Shown: in pieces, positions 49,101-61,100 of the stretch
How the letters are laid out: each line of letters opens with the position of its first letter
Position numbering within the stretch: the first letter of the stretch is position 1
DNA from: Macrostomum hystrix
Lineage: Eukaryota > Animalia > Platyhelminthes
NCBI GenBank assembly: GCA_950097015.1
Contig: CATNEN010000003.1
Span: 5,084,001 to 5,148,000 of the forward strand
Direction: 5' to 3'
Length of the DNA stretch: 64,000 bases
Program-made: the position numbers and the translations under genes
Notes under the pieces: generated by a model
The model's input: only the letters and a program-made list of their open reading frames with translations
Told to the model about the DNA's origin: nothing
Database searches by the model: none

Positions 49101-52100
49101 TTAAATCGGTCATTACCCCTTCAAATATTCAGGGCCAAGCTTCAGGCCACAAATCAGCTGGTGTACACCCTGTGCTCTCGACTACTTCGAGCCTGCTCAG
49201 AGTGCGATGTTAAACTAGTCGGCTGGCTAAAGACCAACTGCCCAGATGTGGTTCCGCCGTCTGGTAGGTCTAATTAATTCTAATCTGTTAATTTTGTCAT
49301 TTTTTAGTTTTTTTTCGTCTTCGACTTTTTGTGTCTCGTGTCTTCAAGTCATGGCCTCAACTTTTGCTTTGTTTGCAACAGCGATTAAAAACATCAGAAT
49401 GTCACGTGACTGTCTCCTATTATTTTATTATAGTCTCTCTACTTCCAAATAATATTTCCTCTTTTCTCACTGTATCCAATATCTCACTTCTATCTACCTC
49501 TCCTATCTACCTCTCCTATTTCCCTCTCCTATTTCCCTTTCCTATCTACCTCTCCTATTTCCCTTTCCTATCTACCTCTCCTATTTCCCTTTCCTATCTA
49601 CCTCTCCTGTTTCCCTTTCCTATCTACCCCTCCAATCTTCTCTCTTATCTACCGCTCCTATCTACCTCCTCTATCTCCCTCTCCTACCTACCTATTCTAT
49701 CTACCTCTCCTATCTCCCTCTCCTATCTACCTCTCCTATCTCCCTCTCCTATCTACCTCTTCTATCTCCCTCTCCTATCTACCTCTACCCCCAACCTATC
49801 TATCTCACCTTTCCTAGGCGGAATATTTATGATTTATTTATTTATCATTCGAGAATATAAATCTAACTATCCTACATTTCTTGCCTCTGACTCGTAGAAA
49901 AGTTTTACACTATTTGATATGGTAAGTTGTATTATATCTTCTTACAGTGAACTTACACAGTTTATTGCTTACATGCTTGGACTGCTTTTCTATCTAACAT
50001 TTAGTGATTGAATTTTAATTCTGATCATTTGTGGGAAACTTATGTGCCAAATTACATAAATTATTGCTTTATAGGCAGAGCTTTCTAGTAAAAAGAATAG
50101 CTAACTTTTGAATTGGTTTGCCTTTCTTAATTCCTAAACTTCACGATACCTAATTCGGTCAGGTAATGAAAATGTTGTTTTTTTCTTAATCGATCTACTT
50201 AAATAGCCTTTTAGCCTACTTGTAGTACTACGTAATTAAAGTTTTGCTTTTTTTGTTATTTTTAATTACAGAGATAGCAAATTGGAGCTATTTAGTGAGA
50301 GCTGCGACTCAGTGTAAGCTGATAAGAATTGGAACTATTAAGTTGCAGTCCTTCTAATTTGTGTTGTGTGTTGTGCATTTCACCCAAACTATAAATGGCA
50401 TGATATTTCTATGTTTAAAATCGATAGTTATTTTTAATTCAATAGCCGTTGTATATTGCTGAATCACTATCAATCTATGAATAAAATAATACCTTGTGCT
50501 TTATCTTTATACATTTTTCGGTATATCCAGATGCCAGTTTCCAATATCTATATGCCAGTTTCTAATATCTAGATGCCAGTTTCCAATATCCAGATGCCAG
50601 TTTCTAATATCTAGATGCCAGTTTCCGATATCTAGATGCCAGTTTCCGATATCTAGATGCCAGTTTCCGATATCTAGGTGCCAGTTTCTGATATCTAGGT
50701 GCCAGTTTCTGATATCTAAATGCCAGTTTCCAGTATCTAGATGCCAGTTTCCAATATCTAGATGCCAGTTTTCAATATCTAGCTGACAGTTTCTAATATC
50801 TAGATGCCAGTTTCCAATATCTAGATGCCAGTTTCCAATATCTAGATGCCAGTTTTCAATATCTAGCTGACAGTTTCTAATATCTAGATGCCAGTTTCTA
50901 ATATCTAGATGCCAGTTTCTAATATCTAGATGCCAGTTTCTAATATCTAGATGCCAGTTTCCAATATCTAGATGCCAGTTTCCAATATCTAGATGCCAGT
51001 TTCTAATATCTAGATGCCAGTTTCCAATATCTAGATGCCAGTTTCCAATATCTAGGTGCCAGTATTCGATATCTAAATGCTAGTTTCCGATATCTAGATG
51101 CCAGTTTCTAATATCTAGATGCCAGTTTCCAATATCTAGATGCCAGTTTCCAATATCTAGATGTCAGTTTCTAATATCTAGATGCCAGTTTCCAATATCT
51201 AGATGCGAGTTTTCAATATCTAGATGCCAGTTTCCAATATCTAGATGCCAGTTTCCATTATCTAGATGCCAGTTTCCATTATATAAATGCCAATTTCCAA
51301 TATCTAAATGCCAGTTTACAATATCTAGATGCCATTTTCCAATATATAAATGCCAATTTCCAATATCTAGGTGCCAGTATTCGATATCTAAATGCCAGTT
51401 TCCAATATCTAGGTGCCAGTATTCGATATCTAAATGCCAGTTTCCAATATCTAGATGCCAGTTTCTAATATATAGAATGCAGTTAGTAAAATGTACATAC
51501 CAGTCTCTGATAAACAGCTATTCAGTCATTTGTAGCTATGAGCTTGCGTTAAGGCCCTAGAAAAAAAGTTGTTTGGTTCAATATTAACAGCTCGATGTAG
51601 TAATCAAATAGTCCTTCTACACTGGCTTTTTAAGCGTATATTACAAAGAATTATGTATATCTGTACATTTGCTGTTTGTGTTGTATTGCTGCACGTTATA
51701 TAATAAATTCTTCTCGTAACTTACCTTTATCTCATTAAATTTCATATCAAGCTTTGCATTTTGTCTGTCGTTCTGTACGTTTTTTCGCACACTACTACTA
51801 ACTTCGTAGATCGTGATTTATTTTAACTAGTCTTCTAATTATGCACATTTTTATTAAGAAAAATTCATATTCTAATTTTGTTTTAATTAACTAGACACAC
51901 GTAAATTACTAAACGAAAAATCTATTTACTAGCCAGATTCTACTAACAATCTCTAGTTTTGGTAAATCCCTAAAATATGTTTCATATTAGATGCTTAGTC
52001 AAATGTTTTCAAATATAAAAAGAAACGGGTATTACTGAAATCTAAAAAATCAAAATAATGGAAAATCGCATAATATATATAGTAGAAAGAAAAATGAAAA

Positions 52101-55100
52101 AATCCCCAAATCATTTTGAAATTGAAAGGAATAGGAAATCCCCAAATCTTTTAAAAATCGATAAAAATGGAAAATCCCCAAATCTTTTAGAAATCGATAT
52201 GAATGGAAAATCCCCAAATCTTTTAGAAATCGATATGAATGGAAAATCCCCAAATCTTTTAGAAATCGATATGAATGGAAAATCCCCAAATCTTTTAGAA
52301 ATCGATATGAATGGAACATCCCAAATCTTTTAGAAATCGGTAAGAATGGAAAATCCCCAAATCTTTTAGAAATAGGTAAGAATGGAAAATCCCCAAATCT
52401 TTTAGAAATCGGTAAGAATGGAAAATCCCCAAATCTTTTAGAAATCGATAAGAATGGAAAATCCCCAAATCTTTTAGAAATCGGTAAGAATGGAAAATCC
52501 CCAAATCTTTTAGAAATCGATAAGAATGGAAAATCCCCAAATCCTTTAGAAATCGGTAAGAATGGAAAATCCCCAAATCTTTTAGAAATCGATAAGAATG
52601 GAAAATCCCCAAATCCTTTAGAAATCGGTAAGAATGGAAAATCCCCAAATCTTTTAGAAATCGATATGAATGGAAAATCCCCAAATCTTTTAGAAATCGA
52701 TAAGAATGGAAAATCCCCAAATATTTTAGGAATCGGTAAGAATGGAAAATCCCCAAATGTTTTTGGAATCAATAAGAATGGATAATCCGCAAATCTTTTA
52801 GAATTTAGTAAGAATGGAAAATCCCCAAATATTTTAGGAATCGGTAAGAATGGAAAATCCCCAAATGTTTTTGGAATCAATAAGAATGGATAATCCGCAA
52901 ATCTTTTAGAATTTAGTAAGAATGGAAAATCCCCAAATATTTTAGGAATCGGTAAGAATGGAAAATCCCCAAATGTTTTTGGAATCAATAAGAATGGAAA
53001 ATCCCCAAATGTTTTTGGAATCAATAAGAATGGATAATCCGCAAATCTTTTAGAAAACAAATGAAGAAAAAAGTATCAAAACCAGAAAGTCTGGATCCTT
53101 TAATAAACCCGACGTTGTTTTGGCACAGACGTTGCATCAGGTACCCTAGACGATCTGGCGCACGGCCTTGAAGAGGCCAGCTGGCAGTTAGACTCGGACA
53201 CTGAGCAGATTGTGAGTAGTTCTCACGCTCACCTGCTATCTGCCGTTGACGCCCTACTCAGCCAAGCCAGCCGGCGTTCTCAGCAGTGTTTCGAGTTGAC
53301 TAAACGCTCCCAGACTCTGGAATCGGATCTGGTGGCGGCTAACGAGAAATCAGCCCAGCTGCGGCGCCGCATAGCCGAATTAGAAAGCGAGCAAACTGAT
53401 TTGAATGAGTCCAGAATATCCCAGCTTGAGGAAATCTCCAGGGCCGATCGGATGCTGTCATCCTACGCCTGCGCTGAGAACGATTTGCAGACTGAAAATG
53501 CCAGATTAGTTGAAGAAAAACTGGAATCCGCTAAAAGAATAGAATCAATTGAAGCTGAGCTATCTGAAGCTAGAGCTCACATTGCTTCAATGGAGTCCGT
53601 AATGGCACAGCTGGGCGAGCCTTCCGCGACAACCGGCGATGACAGGATGAAAGGTTTGGGTCTTAAAGTACCAATAAATGCACATTATCCACAAATCACT
53701 AATGATCCCCAACACCCCATGATCCCCAACACCCCATGATCCCCAACACTTCATGATCCCCAACACCCCATGATCCCCAACACCCAATGATCCCCAACAC
53801 TCCATGATCCCCAGTACTTCATGATCCCCAACACCCCATGATCCCCAACACCCCATGATCCGCAACACCCCATGATCCCCAGTACTTCATGATCCCCAAC
53901 ACTCCATGATCCCCAGTACTTCATGATCCCCAATACTCCATGATTCCCAACACTCCATGATCCCCAACACCCCATGATCCCTAACACCCCATGATCCCCA
54001 ACACCCCATGATCCCCAACACCCCATGATCCCCAACACTCCATGATCCCCAACACTTCATGATCCCCAAAACCTCATGATCCCCAACACCCCATGATCCC
54101 CACCCCAACACTCCATGATCCCCAACACCCCATGATCCCCAACACCCCATGATCCCCAACACTCCATGATCCCCAACACCCCATGATCCCCAACACCCCA
54201 TGATCCCCACCCCAACACTCCATGATCCCCAACACCCCATGATCCCCAACACCCCATGATCCCCAACACCCCATGATCCCCACCCCAACACTCCATGATC
54301 CCCAACACCCCATGATCCCCAACACCCCATGATCCCCAACACCCCATGATCCCCAACACCCCATGATCCCCAAAACTCCATGATCCCCAAAACCCCAACA
54401 CCCTATGATCCCTAACACCCTATGACTCCGAATTCCAAGTCGGAAGTCAAGCTATTTCATAAGTGTAAATTCTTGCATCTCATCTTTTCAAGAACTTCTG
54501 GAATCAAACTTGGCTCTAACTGAGACGCGTCGCGAGCTCGAATCTCGTCTAGCCCGCCAAATAGACGATCACGAGGCGCTTCTAGCTCAGGCGGAGGCGC
54601 AGCAGCGTCAGCACGAGGCCGATCAAGAGCGCCTGCAATCCGAGAAGGAGGATCTATGTCAGCAGCTGCGAGCTTTGGACTCTCAGCTGAAGAAGAAGCA
54701 GAAATTTGTTGAAGAGCAAACAGCTGAGCGGGAATCGGAGCGGGAAGAATTTCAAGCTGAAATTCAACGCCTAGACGCCGAAGCGAAGGAATTGCGAGCC
54801 GCCGCCGCATCGGCCAGTCTGTCGCCAGCCATCGACGCTGAAGTTGGAGCCGACGATGATGACGAAGGAATGGTTGGCAGCTCGGGCAGTGGAGAGAGCT
54901 TGAAAGAGTTGCGCTCGGAGCTGCAACGGTTGCAAGCCGATTTAGCTGCTGATAGGTTAGTTCTTATCTGCGATTCTCTTATTGGCTGAAAACAGCGATC
55001 TCTTATTGGCTGAAGAACAGCGACTCTCTTATTGGCTGAAAACAGCGTTTCCCTTATTGGCTGAAAAAACAGCAATTCTCTTATTGGCTGAAAAACAGCG

Positions 55101-58100
55101 ATTCCCTTATTGGCTGAAAAACAGCGATTCCCTTATTGGCTGAAAAATGGCAGTTCTCTTATTGGCTGAAAAATAGCGGTTCTCTTATTGGCTGAATAGT
55201 AGCGATTGTCATATTGGTTGACGATTGGTTGGCGAGTCTCTCGCATAGAAGCGAAGTAGTAAGTTTTGTGCGATGTCCTTATTGGCTGAAAATTGGGGAT
55301 GGCATGCGATAATCTTGTTTTATAACGTTAAAGTATTTCTCATGTACAAAGACAAGCTGAATAAAAATATTTTTCACGTCTTCCTACTGAATAAAATCGG
55401 TCAGTAGGCAAGAAATAAATATTATGATAAAAACTTGTTACTAAAATATATTATAAATTTCGCAGAGAAGAGCGCGATGGCCTACGCCGCGAAGTGGCCA
55501 GCCTCACCAAGGAGCTGGACGATCTGCAGAGCGACAAAGACGAGCTTCAGCGCCAGTATGTGCGCCAACTGCAAGAGAATTCCGCACTGCGCGGCGAAGT
55601 CGATTCTCGGCGTCGGCACGGCGACGCGGCTCACCGCGAATTGGACGAACTGCGTGCCGAAGCCAACTCGGCTAGGGAGGCTCGCGACGCCGCCGAAGCT
55701 GCTCTTAGCGAGGCCAATTCTCGCCTAGTTGAATTGCAGGCGGATTCTTCGAGTAGGTCGGCTGGTACAACGGTCGCTACTAGCGAAGGCTCGACTAACA
55801 AATCGGCGCCAATTTTGGTGACGGCTGTTGTGAGCGGCGGCGGCCAGGGTGGAGACGAGAAGCCAACTTGGAATGAGCAGAGTCGAGAGGAGCTGAGCAG
55901 GCTGCGGACTGAACTGGAGGAAACCTCAAAGCGTTACGATGATTTGCTGGCCAAGTGTCGAAGATTGGAGGTGAGTAATCTTTAAGCGTAGTTTTAAATC
56001 GTATATTAAAGTCTAATCCTCTTAGGTAATCTCTAATCCTCTTAGGTAATCTCTAATCCTCTTAGGTAATCTCTAATCCTCTTAGGTAATCTCTAATCCC
56101 GTATCTTAATTAATAGTGCATTGTTTTCTCTAATAATCATATATTTTAATCTTCTTTAGTACGAGTTTCTTCAAAGGGGTTGTAGCCTAGTGGTGAGAGC
56201 GTCGGTCTCGCGACTTGAAGGTCGGGGGTTCGATTCTTGACTCCGCTGAAACAATTTGTGTTCTTTGGCAAGACGCTTAACTCTGCGTTGCCTCAGTTCA
56301 CCCAGCTGTTAAATGGGTACCGGCATTAGCTGGGATAATTGAGGAAGGGTTTGGCATCCCCCAGTCCATGGACTGAACAGCCGTACGCAGCCTTCAGATG
56401 CGCCGCGCAATAGCTGCGGCTGAGCTGTCGGCTGCATATCTGACCCAATTGTGGCAGGTGTAATCAATTATTATTATTATTATTATTAGTTCTTGAGTAC
56501 CATATTATCATCTCCTCACCCCTATCTTATTACATAATCTCTAATCCTAATCCTTAAAATTTTATCTCTCATCCAGGACGCCAACAGTTCGTTTGTAGAT
56601 TTCGAATCTCACAGTCAAGCCCTGGCTGAACGCGACACGGAAGTAGAGCGCCAATCAGTGGAGATCGCCCGACTCAATGACGAACTGTCCGACCTGATGG
56701 AGCGAGCCGCGAAGTCTGAAGCTGATCGATTACGAATCGAGAGTCAATTACATCAGCTGCAGTCAGCTATGAGTCAAGTTGTCAATAGTGAAGCCTTCCA
56801 CACTGACCTGGCCGATGCTAAAACAGCCAGCGAAACCGCCACAGTGTCCGCTATTGTTGGCGGCGCCAGCCAGGATACTGTTGCTATGGAAACGTCGCCT
56901 AATCGAGTGTTAGACTCCGAATCTAACAGCTATTTGTCGCCGTCTGTTGTGACAGAATTTGAGCGCAAATTAGCGGACAAAGATGCCGAACTGGAAGAGA
57001 TGCGGCTGCGAGCTCGACTGCTTGAACAAGAAGTGACCAGTTTAAATAGGCAACAGGTAACATTAAATCCGTTTTTCTATACATATCGGCAGTTCATTTA
57101 TTCAAGTATAAGTGCCTGCAAACGCCCTATTTTGTTCGCGCATATGTTTTGTTGCTTTCCACACTTTTTTGAAGCAACAGCACCAGCAGCCGCATCAGCA
57201 GCACAGAGACACTAATTGGAACGATCCGAAAACGGTTAATAATAATTTATCTGCACAGGTGAACGGAGATTCGTCCTTTTGTATAGTTAACTTTGATGTT
57301 TTAATCCCATTTATTCAATTTTTAGATTTGTCACACTTTTCTAATTACTTACTCACACTTTTTAGTTGAGATGTTTTAAAGATTTTTCACAGAAATGAAT
57401 ATTTCCTTTTAGAGATCACCATGCCTTTTATTTTTCGTATTGGTTACTTAGCAACTGGCTAACTGGTAGCACTGTGAAATGTCTTTTTTTCAATTACCAT
57501 TGATCGGCTATTAGTTTGTCTATCCGCCTGGGCTCTAAGCCTTTCACTGTTTGCCTGTCACTATGTCTGTATTTCACTCTGTTCTGCCTTTCACTCTGTC
57601 TGTATTTCACTCTGTTCTGCCTGTCACTCTGTCTGTATTTCACTTTGTTCTGCCTGTCACTCTGTCTGTATTTCACTTTGTTCTGCCTGTCACTCTGTCT
57701 GTATTTCACTTTGTTCTGCCTGTCACTCTGTCTGTATTTCACTTTGTTCTGACTGTCACTCTGTCTGTATTTCACTTTGTTCTGCCTGTCACTCTGTCTG
57801 TATTTCACTCTGTTTGCCTGTCACTCTGTCTGTATTTCACTCTGTTCTGCCTGTCACTCTGTCTGTATTTCACTCTGTTTGCCTGTCACTCTGTCTGTAT
57901 TTCACTTTGTTCTGTCTTTCACTCTGTCTGTATTTCACTTTGTTCTGCCTGTCACTCTGTCTGTATTTCACTTTGTTCTGTCTTTCACTCTGTCTGTATT
58001 TCACTTTGTTCTGTCTTTCACTCTGTCTGTATTTGACTGTTCTGCCTGTCACTCTGTCTGTATTTGACTGTTCTGTCTTTCACTCTGTCTGTATTTGACT

Positions 58101-61100
58101 GTTCTGCCTGTCACTCTGTCTGTATTTCACTCTGTTCTGCCTGTCACTCTGTCTGTATTTCACTCTGTTCTGCCTGTCACTCTGTCTGTATTTCACTTTG
58201 TTCTGCCTGTCACTCTGTCTGTATTTCACTTTGTTCTGCCTGTCACTCTGTCTGTATTTCACTTTGTTCTGCCTGTCACTCTGTCTGTATTTGACTGTTC
58301 TGTCTTTCACTCTGTCTGTATTTCACTTTGTTCTGTCTTTCACTCTGTCTGTATTTCACTTTGTTCTGTCTTTCACTCTGTCTGTATTTGACTGTTCTGC
58401 CTGTCACTCTGTCTGTATTTGACTGTTCTGTCTTTCACTCTGTCTGTATTTCACTCTGTTCTGCCTGTCACTCTGTATGTATTTCACTTTGTTCTGCCTG
58501 TCACTCTGTCTGTATTTCACTTTGTTCTGTCTTTCACTCTGTCTGTATTTCACTTTGTTCTGTCTTTCACTCTGTCTGTATTTGACTGTTCTGCCTGTCA
58601 CTCTGTCTGTATTTGACTGTTCTGTCTTTCACTCTGTCTGTATTTGACTGTTCTGCCTGTCACTCTGTCTGTATTTCACTCTGTTCTGCCTGTCACTCTG
58701 TCTGTATTTCACTCTGTTCTGCCTGTCACTCTGTCTGTATTTCACTCTGTTCTGCCTGTCACTCTGTCTGTATTTCACTTTGTTCTGCCTTTCACTCTGT
58801 CTGTATTTCACTTTGTTCTGCCTGTCACTCTGTCTGTATTTCACTTTGTTCTGTCTTTCACTCTGTCTGTATTTCACTTTGTTCTGCCTGTCACTCTGTC
58901 TGTATTTCACTTTGTTCTGTCTTTCACTCTGTCTGTATTTCACTTTGTTCTGCCTGTCACTCTGTCTGTATTTCACTTTGTTCTGCCTGTCACTCTGTCT
59001 GTATTTCACTTTGTTCTGTCTTTCACTCTGTCTGTATTTCACTTTGTTCTGCCTGTCACTCTGTCTGTATTTCACTTTGTTCTGCCTGTCACTCTGTCTG
59101 TATTTCACTTTGTTCTGTCTTTCACTCTGTCTGTATTTCACTTTGTTCTGTCTTTCACTCTGTCTGTATTTGACTGTTCTGCCTGTCACTCTGTCTGTAT
59201 TTGACTGTTCTGTCTTTCACTCTGTCTGTATTTGACTGTTCTGCCTGTCACTCTGTCTGTATTTGACTGTTCTGTCTTTCACTCTGTCTGTATTTCACTT
59301 TGTTCTGTCTTTCACTCTGTCTGTATTTGACTGTTCTGCCTGTCACTCTGTCTGTATTTGACTGTTCTGTCTTTCACTCTGTCTGTATTTCACTCTGTTC
59401 TGCCTGTCACTCTGTCTGTATTTCACTTTGTTCTGTCTTTCACTCTGTCTGTATTTCACTTTGTTCTGCCTGTCACTCTGTCTGTATTTCACTTTGTTCT
59501 GTCTTTCACTCTGTCTGTATTTGACTTTGTTCTGTCTTTCACTCTGTCTGTATTTGACTGTTCTGCCTGTCACTCTGTCTGTATTTCACTCTGTTCTGCC
59601 TTTCACTCTGTCTGTATTTGACTGTTCTGCCTGTCACTCTGTCTGTATTTGACTGTTCTGTCTTTCACTCTGTCTGTATTTGACTGTTCTGCCTGTCACT
59701 CTGTCTGTATTTGACTGTTCTGTCTTTCACTCTGTCTGTATTTCACTTTGTTCTGTCTTTCACTCTGTCTGTATTTGACTGTTCTGCCTGTCACTCTGTC
59801 TGTATTTCACTCTGTTCTGCCTGTCACTCTGTCTGTATTTCACTTTGTTCTGCCTTTCACTCTGTCTGTATTTGACTGTTCTGCCTGTCACTCTGTCTGT
59901 ATTTGACTGTTCTGTCTTTCACTCTGTCTGTATTTGACTGTTCTGCCTGTCACTCTGTCTGTATTTGACTGTTCTGTCTTTTACTCTGTCTGTATTTCAC
60001 TTTGTTCTGTCTTTCACTCTGTCTGTATTTGACTGTTCTGCCTGTCACTCTGTCTGTATTTCACTTTGTTCTGTCTTTCACTCTGTCTGTATTTGACTGT
60101 TCTGCCTGTCACTCTGTCTGTATTTGACTGTTCTGTCTTTCACTCTGTCTGTATTTCACTCTGTTCTGCCTGTCACTCTGTCTGTATTTCACTTTGTTCT
60201 GTCTTTCACTCTGTCTGTATTTCACTTTGTTCTGCCTGTCACTCTGTCTGTATTTCACTTTGTTCTGTCTTTCACTCTGTCTGTATTTCACTTTGTTCTG
60301 TCTTTCACTCTGTCTGTATTTCACTTTGTTCTGTCTTTCACTCTGTCTGTATTTGACTTTGTTCTGTCTTTCACTCTGTCTGTATTTGACTGTTCTGCCT
60401 GTCACTCTGTCTGTATTTCACTCTGTTCTGCCTGTCACTCTGTCTGTATTTCACTCTGTTCTGCCTGTCACTCTGTCTGTATTTCACTTTGTTCTGCCTT
60501 TCACTCTGTCTGTATTTGACTCTTCTGCCTGTCACTCTGTCTGTATTTCACACTGTCTGCCTGTCACTCTGTCTGTGTGATTATATTTTTACCTGTTATA
60601 TCCCCATTATTTTACCTCTCTGTCTGTAGAAAGCTTTTTTGTTTTGTCCTCTATAATAACTACGATAATTTAATACATATCATGTTTAGCGTTTAGGTAG
60701 TCATGTTTGTCATTATCTTTTAGTAATTGCTGACAGCTTTTTTCAGAGAATATTTTTTTAAATTGATATTTCAGGCCCAACTGCAGTCGGACTTTGACAC
60801 GGTGGAATCAATGCTTCAAGATCGCGAGCAGGAGCTTGTATTGCTTGAAAATGAAGCTGCAGATTCTACTAATCTGGTGGCTGCATCATCGTCTGCCGCC
60901 GCCGCCGCCGCCACCGCGTCAGCGGTGTCATCGCCAGACATTGAAGAGCTTCGCGCAAGACTAATTGTCAAACAGGAAGAAATTGAACGACTTCGCTGCG
61001 GCTTAGAGAGACACGAACAATCGGCTGCTGAATCTCAAGCTGAACTGGTCCGACTGCAAGCTCAATTGGAACGCCTTAGAGAGCGATTAACGATTAGCGA

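Noticed and set aside
56176-56250. tRNA gene (also at 26908 and 15673)
   Set aside because: The head continues into a shared SINE body, and the copies are diverged with no T-run terminator.
57494-60580. Many repetitive ORFs here and at 3255-3614, 10823-11697, 23953-25015, 52050-54418 and 62493-63168
   Set aside because: They are translations of minisatellites, open in several frames and on both strands.
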